In this document: positions 28,896 to 36,666 of the stretch, in pieces
How the letters are laid out: the number at the start of each line of letters is the position of its first letter
Position numbering within the stretch: position 1 is the stretch's first letter
Source of the DNA: a virus
Lineage: Duplodnaviria; Caudoviricetes
Length of the DNA: 44,702 nucleotides
Virus record (IMG/VR): IMGVR_UViG_3300037247_000488
Coordinates: 1-44,702 of that record
Strand: one strand, 5' to 3'
Made by a program: the position numbers and the translations under genes
Notes under the pieces: generated by a model
The model's input: only the letters and a program-made list of their open reading frames with translations
Told to the model about the DNA's origin: nothing
Database searches by the model: none

Positions 28896-29008
28896 TGTCC
28901 ATGGGAGGACTCGAACCCCCACCCCTTCTATCCCTATGCACAGAGATAGTCGGGACTGCCACCTTAGTGCATAAGGTTAACAGGTGTCTACCATTGCACC
29001 ACACGGAC
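28896..29008 (-). ncRNA. tRNA-like RNA (113 nt) with elongated anticodon and variable arms
   Basis: Acceptor GUCCGUG/CAUGGAC plus A; D-arm GUG-CAAUGGUAGA-CAC; T-arm GGGGG-UUCGAGU-CCUCC; central region folds into two long hairpins; no encoded CCA. Confidence 0.8.
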
Positions 29009-29035
29009 ATAGTTCTTAATTCGTGATGATTACAG

Positions 29036-29050
29036 CTAGAAGTGTCTCAT
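29036..29050 (-). other. Putative minigene MRHF*
   Basis: AGGAGGT SD 5 nt before ATG AGA CAC TTC TAG. Confidence 0.4.
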
Positions 29051-29093
29051 ATTGCACCTCCTATGGATATTGATTAGACATCGGCTCATTCAG

Positions 29094-29185
29094 GTAAGAT
29101 GCTCAAGGTGGCTGTCTATCCCATAATCGACCGGGCCGAGTGGTCTATAGCTCTGACGCCGTGCCACCCTGAGCTACGAGCTTAC
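29094..29185 (-). ncRNA. Long imperfect stem-loop, putative structured RNA
   Basis: GCUCAGGGUGGC/GCCACCUUGAGC 12-bp stem (G-U on the minus strand), outer GUAAG/CUUAC, inner CUAUA/UAUGG and GACC/GGUC. Confidence 0.45.
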
Positions 29186-29207
29186 TTTACCATTCTCCTT
29201 AAAGGTG

Positions 29208-29573
29208 TCAACCCCTCTTTTTCTTCTTACCCTTCACGAGACTGGCTACGGATGGGGTAGCCTCTACAACTCTGTACCCGAGGTTGAGATATGAGCCTAT
29301 CATAGAGACGGCATTATGAAGAGAGACCACTTTATAGCCGACCCCTTCAGTCGCTACTTGCTTCTCTAGGGGTATCTTAATATTGGCATTATCTTCGAGG
29401 GCCTCCAAGCGTATGTGTACGCTCGCGAAGCGCTGCACGAAGTCCACCCTGTTATTCTCCAAGGTCTTGAACTCCGCATCTATCTGGCGCTTGAAGTGAC
29501 ACCGAAGAAGAACATCGGCCACAAGCACCAGTATGAGCGCTATAACTATAAGTGCGACTGTTGTGTTCCCCAT
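29208..29573 (-). CDS. Membrane-anchored hypothetical protein
   Basis: GGAGG SD before ATG 29573; N-terminal TM VALIVIALILVLVA. Confidence 0.6.
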   Translation of the reverse strand: MGNTTVALIVIALILVLVADVLLRCHFKRQIDAEFKTLENNRVDFVQRFASVHIRLEALEDNANIKIPLEKQVATEGVGYKVVSLHNAVSMIGSYLNLGYRVVEATPSVASLVKGKKKKRG

Positions 29574-29797
29574 TATCCTAAATCCTCCTTTGATATTCGG
29601 CAGTGGGTACACTGAAGCGTATATGCCTCAGCGATACCACCGCACTCCTTACACTCTGTCGGTCTCCATGACCTACAGACCTTACACGTAACATCATCCC
29701 ATAAGTGAGCAAGTTTAACTTGGCGACCTACTCGACCACAGCACGTTGTATTAAACATAGGGCCAACCCTAACTCTGCGCTTATGCGTCTTAGCCAT
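29573..29797 (-). CDS. Zinc-finger-like small protein
   Basis: CG...VTCKVC...CKECG...CTHC. Confidence 0.6.
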   Translation of the reverse strand: MAKTHKRRVRVGPMFNTTCCGRVGRQVKLAHLWDDVTCKVCRSWRPTECKECGGIAEAYTLQCTHCRISKEDLG

Positions 29798-29999
29798 CGC
29801 ACCCTCCGTCTCTGTACTCTATGTTTTCTTGACGCACCTTGTCAAGCTCGGCGCCCAGCTTCTCAACGTATCGGCTCGTAAGAGCGGTTGCGTCCTCGAC
29901 TGCGAGGTCAACCTCTTCTCGACCCTTATCAATTCCGCCCATCCATACGAGGGCAAGGACCGTTAGGGCGAAGATTACGTTAAAGAACCATTCAGCCAT
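29790..29999 (-). CDS. Membrane-anchored hypothetical protein
   Basis: Probable start MAEWFF at 29999 (alternative 30068); TM followed by a short coil. Confidence 0.5.
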   Translation of the reverse strand: MAEWFFNVIFALTVLALVWMGGIDKGREEVDLAVEDATALTSRYVEKLGAELDKVRQENIEYRDGGCDG

Positions 30000-30678
30000 C
30001 GGCTGCGCCGTCCTTGCAGGTCTTACAAGGAACAAGCCTCCTGTACGAGAAATCATGATCCAGCTCATTTACCCATACCCACTTATCATCTCCGCAGTTA
30101 GGGCAAGGCTCACCGGACTTTTTGGTACAGCCCGGACATTTAATACTCATTTTTAAACCGCCGCAGTAAAGACAGAGTGGTGGCTTTTTTTCTTCGGTAC
30201 AGGCTTGCATAAGGACATGGATTAAGCAATCATCCTTATCGCAATTAGGGTGTACCAATCTATGTTGATTATATACAGGACGAGCTGCCGCCTGTATCTT
30301 CTCGATGAGGGCTTGCTGGTAATCTATTACAGATGCTTGATAAGCCCAATCTTTCTTTTTCTTTAGCTCCAACTCCTCGACCTTTTGCTTGAGATTGTCG
30401 TCACCACGCTTCTCTTCTTCGAACTTATGAAACCAGCTATCTCTCTCACCGATAGCCTCAAAAAGTAGCCCCTTTAGTTGCTCTATCTCCTCATCCTTCT
30501 CTTTAAGGAAGGCTTCTCGGACGTCTATACTTATGGTTATACTTTCCTCTAGCCTCTCTTTCTCTCCCTCAAGAACAGCAATGCGTCCATTGAGATGCTC
30601 GACCATAGCAATGTTCTGCTCGGCCTGGTTATAGAGATGCTCTCCAAGCTCTTCTTGGGTGTATATCTTCTCATCCAT
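29992..30678 (-). CDS. Coiled-coil protein with C-terminal Cys clusters
   Basis: AGGAGG SD before MDEKIY at 30678; HPNCDKDDCLIH then CLYC, CPGC, CPNC, CKTC. Confidence 0.65.
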   Translation of the reverse strand: MDEKIYTQEELGEHLYNQAEQNIAMVEHLNGRIAVLEGEKERLEESITISIDVREAFLKEKDEEIEQLKGLLFEAIGERDSWFHKFEEEKRGDDNLKQKVEELELKKKKDWAYQASVIDYQQALIEKIQAAARPVYNQHRLVHPNCDKDDCLIHVLMQACTEEKKPPLCLYCGGLKMSIKCPGCTKKSGEPCPNCGDDKWVWVNELDHDFSYRRLVPCKTCKDGAADG

Positions 30679-30694
30679 TTCGTCCTCCTCTTTT

Positions 30695-31189
30695 TTACGG
30701 ATTATGTTCTGTCCCACAATTTGGGCAAGCATGTCTAAATTTAATATCACCTATGAATATCTTTACGTCCCTCAACATAGCCTTGGTCATCTGCGGAGTG
30801 TATTGAAGCACCGTCCAACCCTGGAGTTGAGCGCTGTTTAGCTTCTGCATGTCGCCCTTAAAACCCTCACCACGGACGTGACGCCCTTGGACGTGAACTC
30901 CACCGTTAATCTCGATAGCGAGCATGAGTCCGGTATGAGCGTAGTCGAAGCGCCACTCTCTTTTATCATCAAAGCGGTGCTCGATTCTCCATCCATCCTC
31001 CGGTGGCGTGAGCCAGTCGAGAGAAGTTATTATCTCAAGAGCATCGGCGAGATTATTTCTCTTCTCGTTGAGCTTGTTACGCTCACTCCAAAACTTATTA
31101 TTGGTGCTTGGCTCTCTTGGCTGTCTTTTATGAACCAAGAGACAATGACTCGCTTCTATGAGCGCTATTTCAATACCTCGTCTGTTCAT
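30695..31189 (-). CDS. PD-(D/E)XK endonuclease (DUF559/Vsr-like)
   Basis: EHRF...REWRFDYA..LAIEINGG...GRH...D..KLN.AQL.GW.VL.YT, C-terminal CPNC. Confidence 0.8.
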   Translation of the reverse strand: MNRRGIEIALIEASHCLLVHKRQPREPSTNNKFWSERNKLNEKRNNLADALEIITSLDWLTPPEDGWRIEHRFDDKREWRFDYAHTGLMLAIEINGGVHVQGRHVRGEGFKGDMQKLNSAQLQGWTVLQYTPQMTKAMLRDVKIFIGDIKFRHACPNCGTEHNP

Positions 31190-31191
31190 TT

Positions 31192-31383
31192 TTATAACCT
31201 CATCTCAAGTTCTCTACGAGCCTCAATTAGCTCTTTTTTTAATTGGCGATATACTCGTCCACTCATCTCAGCCTCCCCTGCGATATATGCCATCATAAGT
31301 TTTTCAGAATCATATATCAGAGATCTAAGCTCGGAGATCCTTGTGATTCTTGCTATGGTATATCCTCCTACACCATAACTCAT
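31192..31383 (-). CDS. Hypothetical protein
   Basis: 63 aa, TAATG coupling. Confidence 0.5.
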   Translation of the reverse strand: MSYGVGGYTIARITRISELRSLIYDSEKLMMAYIAGEAEMSGRVYRQLKKELIEARRELEMRL

Positions 31384-31568
31384 TACGGCCTCCAGATTGT
31401 GCGATGATAACTACACCATTTATGCGCGCGCACCTTTCCGTAAGTAAGGAAGTTTGCGGTGTCTTCACCTATAGGTTCTCTCCTACACCAACCCACATTT
31501 TTCTCTGTCTGAAAAGGGTCGTACCACTGGCAGTTTTCACACTTGTTTTCTTTGCTCCATCTGTCCAT
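31383..31568 (-). CDS. Small Cys-rich protein (HiPIP-like Cys spacing)
   Basis: CENCQWY...GWCRREP...KWCSYH. Confidence 0.65.
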   Translation of the reverse strand: MDRWSKENKCENCQWYDPFQTEKNVGWCRREPIGEDTANFLTYGKVRAHKWCSYHRTIWRP

Positions 31569-31599
31569 TATATTGTCCTCATAATCTTTAAGGTTATCA

Positions 31600-31895
31600 C
31601 CCTGGGGGGGGTGGGGGGTCGGTTTCGCGTAATCAAATCATAACTATACATAATTATACTACTTAACCCCCTTATATATATAGAGAAGTATTTGATTACA
31701 GAGGGGCGTAATCAAATGAAATCAAATGCCGAAAGCGGTAATCAAATGCCTTTTGGTAATCAATTAAAATCATTTGATTACGTGTTTTCCTATTTGATTT
31801 CATTTGATTACGGGGCTCGGTAATCAAATATTCCCCTTATAGAGCGTACACTTACAGGCCTAAAATCATTTGATTACGTGATAAGGGGGTACGGG
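31600..31895. repeat. Putative replication origin: about 11 G(T/A)AATCAA(A/T)T iterons in both orientations with an AT-rich segment
   Basis: Copies near 31629(+), 31690(-), 31708(+), 31718(+), 31738(+), 31756(+), 31772(-), 31792(-), 31802(-), 31820(+), 31868(-); non-coding; directly downstream of the primase-helicase. Confidence 0.8.
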
Positions 31896-31899
31896 GCCC

Positions 31900-33816
31900 C
31901 TACCATCCAAAGACCTCAGGCTTTGTAGGGTCTTTATCCGGCTCTATCGGCTCCGTTATGACTCCGCTCTCCTCTTTATATTTAGCCTGGGGGGAGCGAT
32001 AATACTCAACGGTCCGCCGTCCCTTACCCTCACCCTCTTGGTTGCGCTTACAGAGGTCACCAGCTTCCACCAGATCGTCGAGACGCGTGCGGGCTACCCT
32101 CTGTGAGGCTTTCCATACTCCCGTGGCCTCCTTGACCGTAATAGCCTCGTGGCCGTCTTTCCACCACGTCTTCAGCTCGCTCTCAGTGGGATCGTAGGTG
32201 GAGCCCTCCGGAGGCATGACCGTCCATGTCATATTCGAGTAATCGAACTCTATAGGATAGGTCTCCTCGCTCACCTCGCGCCCCGTGACGTACATCTTGC
32301 CTATATCCTCATCCTTATCCCTACAGACGACTATTAGCGTGTCTGCGACTCCTTGAAGACCAGTTGAGCCCGAAATTTCGTCAAAGGGGTTGGTAGCTTG
32401 CCCAGCTTCCCCTTTCCGGGTGTGATGGATGCAGATGACCGGGACTCCATTCTGAATGCTCCAGCGCTGGAGCTGTTCGTAATCCTCATAGTCGGCTTGG
32501 TAGATATGCCGGGCCCCGCCTCCGGACTTTGGTCTGATCTTCTGGAGAGTGTCGATGATGATGAGACCACACGAAGGGTCTCTTTCGAGAATAACATCAA
32601 GCTCTTCCGCAAATCCCTCACCAATTCGAGGAAAATTAACATAAAAATGCAGATTATCAGGAAAGGTATCAAAGTATCCCTCCATGTGTTGCATGCGGCT
32701 CTGGAGACGCCGATGTGAATCCTCAAGGAATAGCGCATGAACCGAGGCCTTGTTAGTCGCCGCGAAGTTCCACGCCAGTCCGCCAGTCGCTACTGCATAC
32801 GCCAGCCCCATCATGAGCCAGCTCTTGCCGAACTTCGGGCGTCCGGCCAAGATGGTCAGCCCCTCTGGTATTATCCCTGGGACCGCCCACTTGAGGGGCT
32901 GAAAATGCTCACCTATCAAACGCTCGGCAGTGATAGAGCGCGTCCGTGGCGGAGCAAGGAGCGCCTTTATCCGGTCAAGGCCGTGTTTGGTCGCGTAATC
33001 GTTCCAGTCCCCCGATTCCGGTGGCGCCTGATACGTGACCTCGGCGAACACCTCTGCCACCGCCCGAGCCTTCTCGATCCCGACGTTCGTGTCGCTATCG
33101 GCGTCGTTGTCCGCCGCGATCACGATGTCACGGTAACCCTTCTCTATCAAAACCTCTGCGACCGGCATCAGGTTCCCGGCGTCGACCGCCACCACGACCA
33201 TGTTGCCAGTTGCCTCGTGGACGGTAGCGCCGGTGGAGTAGCCCTCGACCACGTATACCTTCGACTTGTCGCCCTTAATAATGAACGCGCAACCCTTTTT
33301 CTTGCCGCCCGTCATCAACATCTTCTTACCGTCGCCGTCGATGGTCTGGTACGTCATGACCGCGCCCCTGGTGTCCATAATGGGCATGAGGAGCTTATCC
33401 TTAAATGCCCGGAGACCGTGACTCTTTACACCCTTGCTCTTAAGGTAAGGATGATTTGGATCAGGAGGGGTATCGCCAAGCCCGGTAAACATCCTCTGTG
33501 CCTTTACTGAGGCTTCCTCCCACTCCTCGGCCTGCTCTGTATCGGCTCGGGCCCTCTGCTCTCTCACCATCGCATCGAAGTCGGCTCGGTCCTCAGATAA
33601 GTAGCTCTTCACCTTGTGCGCCTGCCAGACCTTTTTGATACCCTGAGAGTAGTCACCGAAGATACCACCGAGACCATCCTCGAAGAGGAATGCAAAACCA
33701 GCTTTGTTTGACGCCTTTTTCCCTATGCCTGGGAAGCGCACCCACTTCCCAGCGACCAGATCAGCAGGGGGTAAGAGGCCAGTGCTTTCTATGGCCTCGC
33801 GAAACTCAGTTGTCAT
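31900..33816 (-). CDS. Primase-helicase (TraC-like Toprim primase plus AAA_25/RepA-type helicase, possible C-terminal wHTH)
   Basis: HPYLKSKG, VVEGYSTG, IAADND, DWND; Walker A GRPKFGKS, IIIDTLQ, HHTRK, GSTG. Confidence 0.92.
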   Translation of the reverse strand: MTTEFREAIESTGLLPPADLVAGKWVRFPGIGKKASNKAGFAFLFEDGLGGIFGDYSQGIKKVWQAHKVKSYLSEDRADFDAMVREQRARADTEQAEEWEEASVKAQRMFTGLGDTPPDPNHPYLKSKGVKSHGLRAFKDKLLMPIMDTRGAVMTYQTIDGDGKKMLMTGGKKKGCAFIIKGDKSKVYVVEGYSTGATVHEATGNMVVVAVDAGNLMPVAEVLIEKGYRDIVIAADNDADSDTNVGIEKARAVAEVFAEVTYQAPPESGDWNDYATKHGLDRIKALLAPPRTRSITAERLIGEHFQPLKWAVPGIIPEGLTILAGRPKFGKSWLMMGLAYAVATGGLAWNFAATNKASVHALFLEDSHRRLQSRMQHMEGYFDTFPDNLHFYVNFPRIGEGFAEELDVILERDPSCGLIIIDTLQKIRPKSGGGARHIYQADYEDYEQLQRWSIQNGVPVICIHHTRKGEAGQATNPFDEISGSTGLQGVADTLIVVCRDKDEDIGKMYVTGREVSEETYPIEFDYSNMTWTVMPPEGSTYDPTESELKTWWKDGHEAITVKEATGVWKASQRVARTRLDDLVEAGDLCKRNQEGEGKGRRTVEYYRSPQAKYKEESGVITEPIEPDKDPTKPEVFGW

Positions 33817-34052
33817 CTAAAAGCCACCATTAACTCTTCTGATATATGGTGAGCGACATCAGAAATAGCGAGGTCTAATAGCTCCAAATCAAAACGAGCC
33901 TCTATAGTACGATCTGTAGACTCATCTCTAAGGCGTGCTACTAGAATCACATTCTCCCATTCCCATTTAAAGGTAAGGGTTAGTTTGGGGAACTTATATT
34001 GCACCTTATTTCTGACTTCGCTCAAAATTTTTAAGACCCCTTCAGTTAGCAT
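33813..34052 (-). CDS. Hypothetical protein
   Basis: 79 aa, ATGA overlap with the primase start. Confidence 0.55.
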   Translation of the reverse strand: MLTEGVLKILSEVRNKVQYKFPKLTLTFKWEWENVILVARLRDESTDRTIEARFDLELLDLAISDVAHHISEELMVAFR

Positions 34053-34134
34053 TCTTCCCCCTCGAAGCTCTCTTAAGAGCTATAAGAACAAGTGCAATTA
34101 TCAAACAATATGCGCCAGCAACCGCGTACCACAT
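34042..34134 (-). CDS. Small single-TM peptide (30 aa)
   Basis: Read by eye: MWYAVAGAYCLIIALVLIALKRASRGKNAN; TAATG coupling and GGAG SD. Confidence 0.5.
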   Translation of the reverse strand: MWYAVAGAYCLIIALVLIALKRASRGKNAN

Positions 34135-34340
34135 TATGCTCTCCATTTGAGTAGCTTAAGCTTTTTATCCGGAGTCTTCTTTATCCAGGCACTCAACTTC
34201 GCAACGGTCTGGTACGATGGAGCGCCCTTAGGCTTATTGACCAAGCGCCAAATTCTATCATATTTAACCCCCGAGAGCTTGGATACCTTCGTCAGGTTAA
34301 GCCCTGTTAGGGCTTTTCTTACATCAGCCAGTGTCAACAT
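34134..34340 (-). CDS. Cro-like HTH transcriptional regulator
   Basis: NLTKVSKLSGVKYDRIWRL....PSYQTV.KL pattern. Confidence 0.75.
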   Translation of the reverse strand: MLTLADVRKALTGLNLTKVSKLSGVKYDRIWRLVNKPKGAPSYQTVAKLSAWIKKTPDKKLKLLKWRA

Positions 34341-34341
34341 G

Positions 34342-34563
34342 CTACTCTCCCTTTATAGCGGCTTTCATGTCGGCTATTTCTGCCTCTTCGTGCGTGACAA
34401 CGCCCCATAGTGGCTCCGATATAAACCGTAACGAGGAGCGATCACAATGAATATTAATACAGTGCTTAGGGGTTTCAAACGTAAGGACAAAAGAACCGTC
34501 ATCGTTTACGGTAGAACTTATACTCCAGTTCTCTCTTATGTTAATTATTTTCGGCTGTGGCAT
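34342..34563 (-). CDS. Hypothetical protein
   Basis: 73 aa with GGAG SD. Confidence 0.55.
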   Translation of the reverse strand: MPQPKIINIRENWSISSTVNDDGSFVLTFETPKHCINIHCDRSSLRFISEPLWGVVTHEEAEIADMKAAIKGE

Positions 34564-34607
34564 TTCATTTCTCCCAAAGTGATTCGATCATAATATCAAT
34601 CTCGCCC

Positions 34608-34826
34608 CTAAGGGTATCGAGATAAGCTATTGTCATTTCTTTGGATACAGAGGTGTCGCCAAAAAGTTCCTTCACAGCCCTGGCCCCGCTGATGCTCCTC
34701 GCCCTGGCCCCGCTGATGCTCCTCGAATCTCTTTTGAGGGTCGATAGCGATCCCCGTGTAGTGGCCGGCGTGCTTGACGGGAGTTAAAAAGTGAATGACA
34801 TATACATACCAGGTTTCCTTCAACAC
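34608..34826 (-). pseudogene. Truncated GIY-YIG nuclease-like gene with internal duplication
   Basis: YVYVIHF...HYTG....RFEEH..G.G motif, then a duplicated EEHQRGQG and an unrelated short tail. Confidence 0.55.
34677..34724. repeat. Perfect 24-bp tandem duplication
   Basis: GCCCTGGCCCCGCTGATGCTCCTC twice. Confidence 0.95.
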
Positions 34827-35029
34827 TTACACCCGGCAAGCCTATCTGTCAAGTCCCTCTTGTTTTTCTTAAGCCTGAAGACTTCGACCCTTGACCTCTC
34901 AAGCTCTCTCTGAAGTTCCTCCTCGAAGTCTAGCGTGTATGGTTCGCAAGGAAAAGCTCCACGCCTGTTGGCTATAGGGTCGAGCATGTGCTTCTCGTCT
35001 TTCATTCTGAATGACTCTGGCATTACCAT
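34820..35029 (-). CDS. Hypothetical protein
   Basis: 69 aa with a short coiled coil; overlaps both neighbours. Confidence 0.5.
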   Translation of the reverse strand: MVMPESFRMKDEKHMLDPIANRRGAFPCEPYTLDFEEELQRELERSRVEVFRLKKNKRDLTDRLAGCKC

Positions 35030-35745
35030 ACCTCGCTTTCGTTATAACTCTTTATAATATTCTTGACGGAGCCTTCTGGTTTTAATGTGAAACCTATTTC
35101 TTCCTCTAGGGCGCTGATCTTAGCAATAGCCGAGGGGTTGTGGCGCTCGATGGCTGCGAGTTCTCTGGCCCCAGCGAATATGCAGACCTGGCAACTAAAC
35201 CTTGATAGATAGTTGTAAATCGGATGGAGAGGTATTTGAAGCTCGCGTAGATACCTTCTAACTTCGACTTCCGTCCAGTCTTGAATCGGGAGCCAATCCC
35301 AAACCGTGCGCTTTGAGTTTGTCATGCTCTTGTTGCGGGACAGGGGCCTCTTCTTCGCCCGAGCCGCTGACTCTTCAGCTCTGAGCCCCATTGCGCTGAC
35401 GATAGTGGTGTCCTTTATATTATTACGAATCCACTTCTGTATAGGGCCACGTTTGAGATCGCTAGTGCACTGCCTCTGGGCTGGGGCCGGGAACATCTTA
35501 CGATGCCTCACCATTCCGAAGAAGTCCTTGTTAGGATTGCGAACCACGTGGAGTTTTAAAGGGGCGTGATTGGTGCGAGCCGTTATCTTGTTTACCATCT
35601 CGGTGCACCACTCAACGACACCCTCGTGCTCCCACCCAGTATCAGCCAGGACGACATGCTTCTTGACCTCGGGCTTGTCCTGGCAAAGCCATGCCAGCAT
35701 CGCACAACTATCCTTGCCTCCTGAAAAATTGACTACAAGCTCCAT
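35023..35745 (-). CDS. PAPS-reductase-family PP-loop protein
   Basis: GGAGG SD before MELVVNFSGGKDS; DTGWEH, RQCTSDLK, GLRAEESAAR, PIQDW, RFSCQVC. Confidence 0.9.
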   Translation of the reverse strand: MELVVNFSGGKDSCAMLAWLCQDKPEVKKHVVLADTGWEHEGVVEWCTEMVNKITARTNHAPLKLHVVRNPNKDFFGMVRHRKMFPAPAQRQCTSDLKRGPIQKWIRNNIKDTTIVSAMGLRAEESAARAKKRPLSRNKSMTNSKRTVWDWLPIQDWTEVEVRRYLRELQIPLHPIYNYLSRFSCQVCIFAGARELAAIERHNPSAIAKISALEEEIGFTLKPEGSVKNIIKSYNESEVW

Positions 35746-35746
35746 G

Positions 35747-35986
35747 CTAATACCCCTCCACTTGCGCTTGTAATTTTGACGCGTGTTTCTTATCCCATTC
35801 CGCCTTGCGTCTATTATATATTGGTATGCAACGCTTGCATGCACCACCCATTAAAATAGACTCCTTGAACCCTTGGGGGCTTTCAGTATGCGATGACACT
35901 TCATACGTCTGCTTGCGCTCTACGGAACAGGCTGCATCATTCCATGTTCTGCTTTGCCTTAAGTGCCAAATTGCCCTTGCCATCAT
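35747..35986 (-). CDS. Hypothetical protein, first gene of the leftward arm
   Basis: AAGGAG SD before ATG 35986; H.......AAC...CKRC. Confidence 0.6.
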   Translation of the reverse strand: MMARAIWHLRQSRTWNDAACSVERKQTYEVSSHTESPQGFKESILMGGACKRCIPIYNRRKAEWDKKHASKLQAQVEGY

Positions 35987-36041
35987 TTTCTCCTTAATTA
36001 ATAATTGTTTACGCCTTTCCTTCTCTCTAATCTCTGTCACC

Positions 36042-36069
36042 ACTATACTCTCCTCTTTGTATATGTCAA
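36042..36069 (-). promoter_or_regulatory. Leftward sigma70-like promoter
   Basis: TTGACA-16 nt-TATAGT on the minus strand. Confidence 0.8.
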
Positions 36070-36125
36070 GAACTATTTTGCATATTTTCAAAATAAATTA
36101 TTTTCACATATCCGAAAAAAAGTGC

Positions 36126-36154
36126 TTGACAAGATTCTAGGTCGGGAGTATAGT
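36126..36154 (+). promoter_or_regulatory. Rightward sigma70-like promoter
   Basis: TTGACA-17 nt-TATAGT with an upstream A/T-rich UP-like tract. Confidence 0.85.
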
Positions 36155-36231
36155 GGCTCATCAGCTTCGCAGAGCGTGCCGGATTTTCCGGTCGCCGGAT
36201 GTAAGCTACCTATCTAAAGAAGGAGAATATT

Positions 36232-36636
36232 ATGTCGCAAGAATCCCTCCAGCTACTCGTCGCAAAACTCACCAAGATCAAATTAAAAATCTCCAAGCTT
36301 AACGCCGAGAAGGCTATCATCGATAATGACATAGCCCTGCATTTCAAAAACCTGCCCGACGAAGGAACGACGCACCTCTTTACTGAGGACGGCAAGCAAG
36401 ACATTTCTGCTACGACCAAGCTCAACTACTCTCTCGATACCGAGGCCTACAATGCTCGTGATAAGCAGCTCCTCCCGAAGAACGTAGCTCCTGTCGTGGA
36501 GAAGTTCTCTCTCGATCTTAAGGCGTATCGCCTGCTCGAAAAGATTAATCCCGAGGCTTACGCCGAGGCTCAGAAGTTCGTGACCACGAAGCCAGTCAAG
36601 ACTTCCATCTCGGTCAAGGACGTTAAAAAGAAGTAG
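36232..36636 (+). CDS. Conserved hypothetical protein upstream of the Sak4-like gene
   Basis: AAGGAG SD; EGT..., TTKP.K.S.V C-terminus typical of this position. Confidence 0.75.
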   Translation: MSQESLQLLVAKLTKIKLKISKLNAEKAIIDNDIALHFKNLPDEGTTHLFTEDGKQDISATTKLNYSLDTEAYNARDKQLLPKNVAPVVEKFSLDLKAYRLLEKINPEAYAEAQKFVTTKPVKTSISVKDVKKK

Positions 36637-36666
36637 CACACGAACTACATACAAGGAGATGAACCA

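Noticed and set aside
28896-29008. Canonical tRNA-Cys(GCA) or intron-containing tRNA
   Set aside because: The anticodon arm is about twice normal length, position 37 would be C and the discriminator is A rather than U. The extra sequence is far too short for a group I intron, and I saw no clear bulge-helix-bulge.
28813-29010. 65-aa minus-strand ORF in the track
   Set aside because: It coincides with the tRNA-like RNA, lacks an SD at its own ATG and overlaps the next gene; the RNA structure explains the sequence better.
29182-29200. Second minigene MVK* after AAGGAG on the minus strand
   Set aside because: The SD is only 1 nt from the ATG, too close for efficient initiation.
31620-31880. CRISPR array, given the Cas4-like gene
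   Set aside because: Repeats are 10 bp, irregularly spaced and in both orientations; solo Cas4-like nucleases are common in phage recombination modules.
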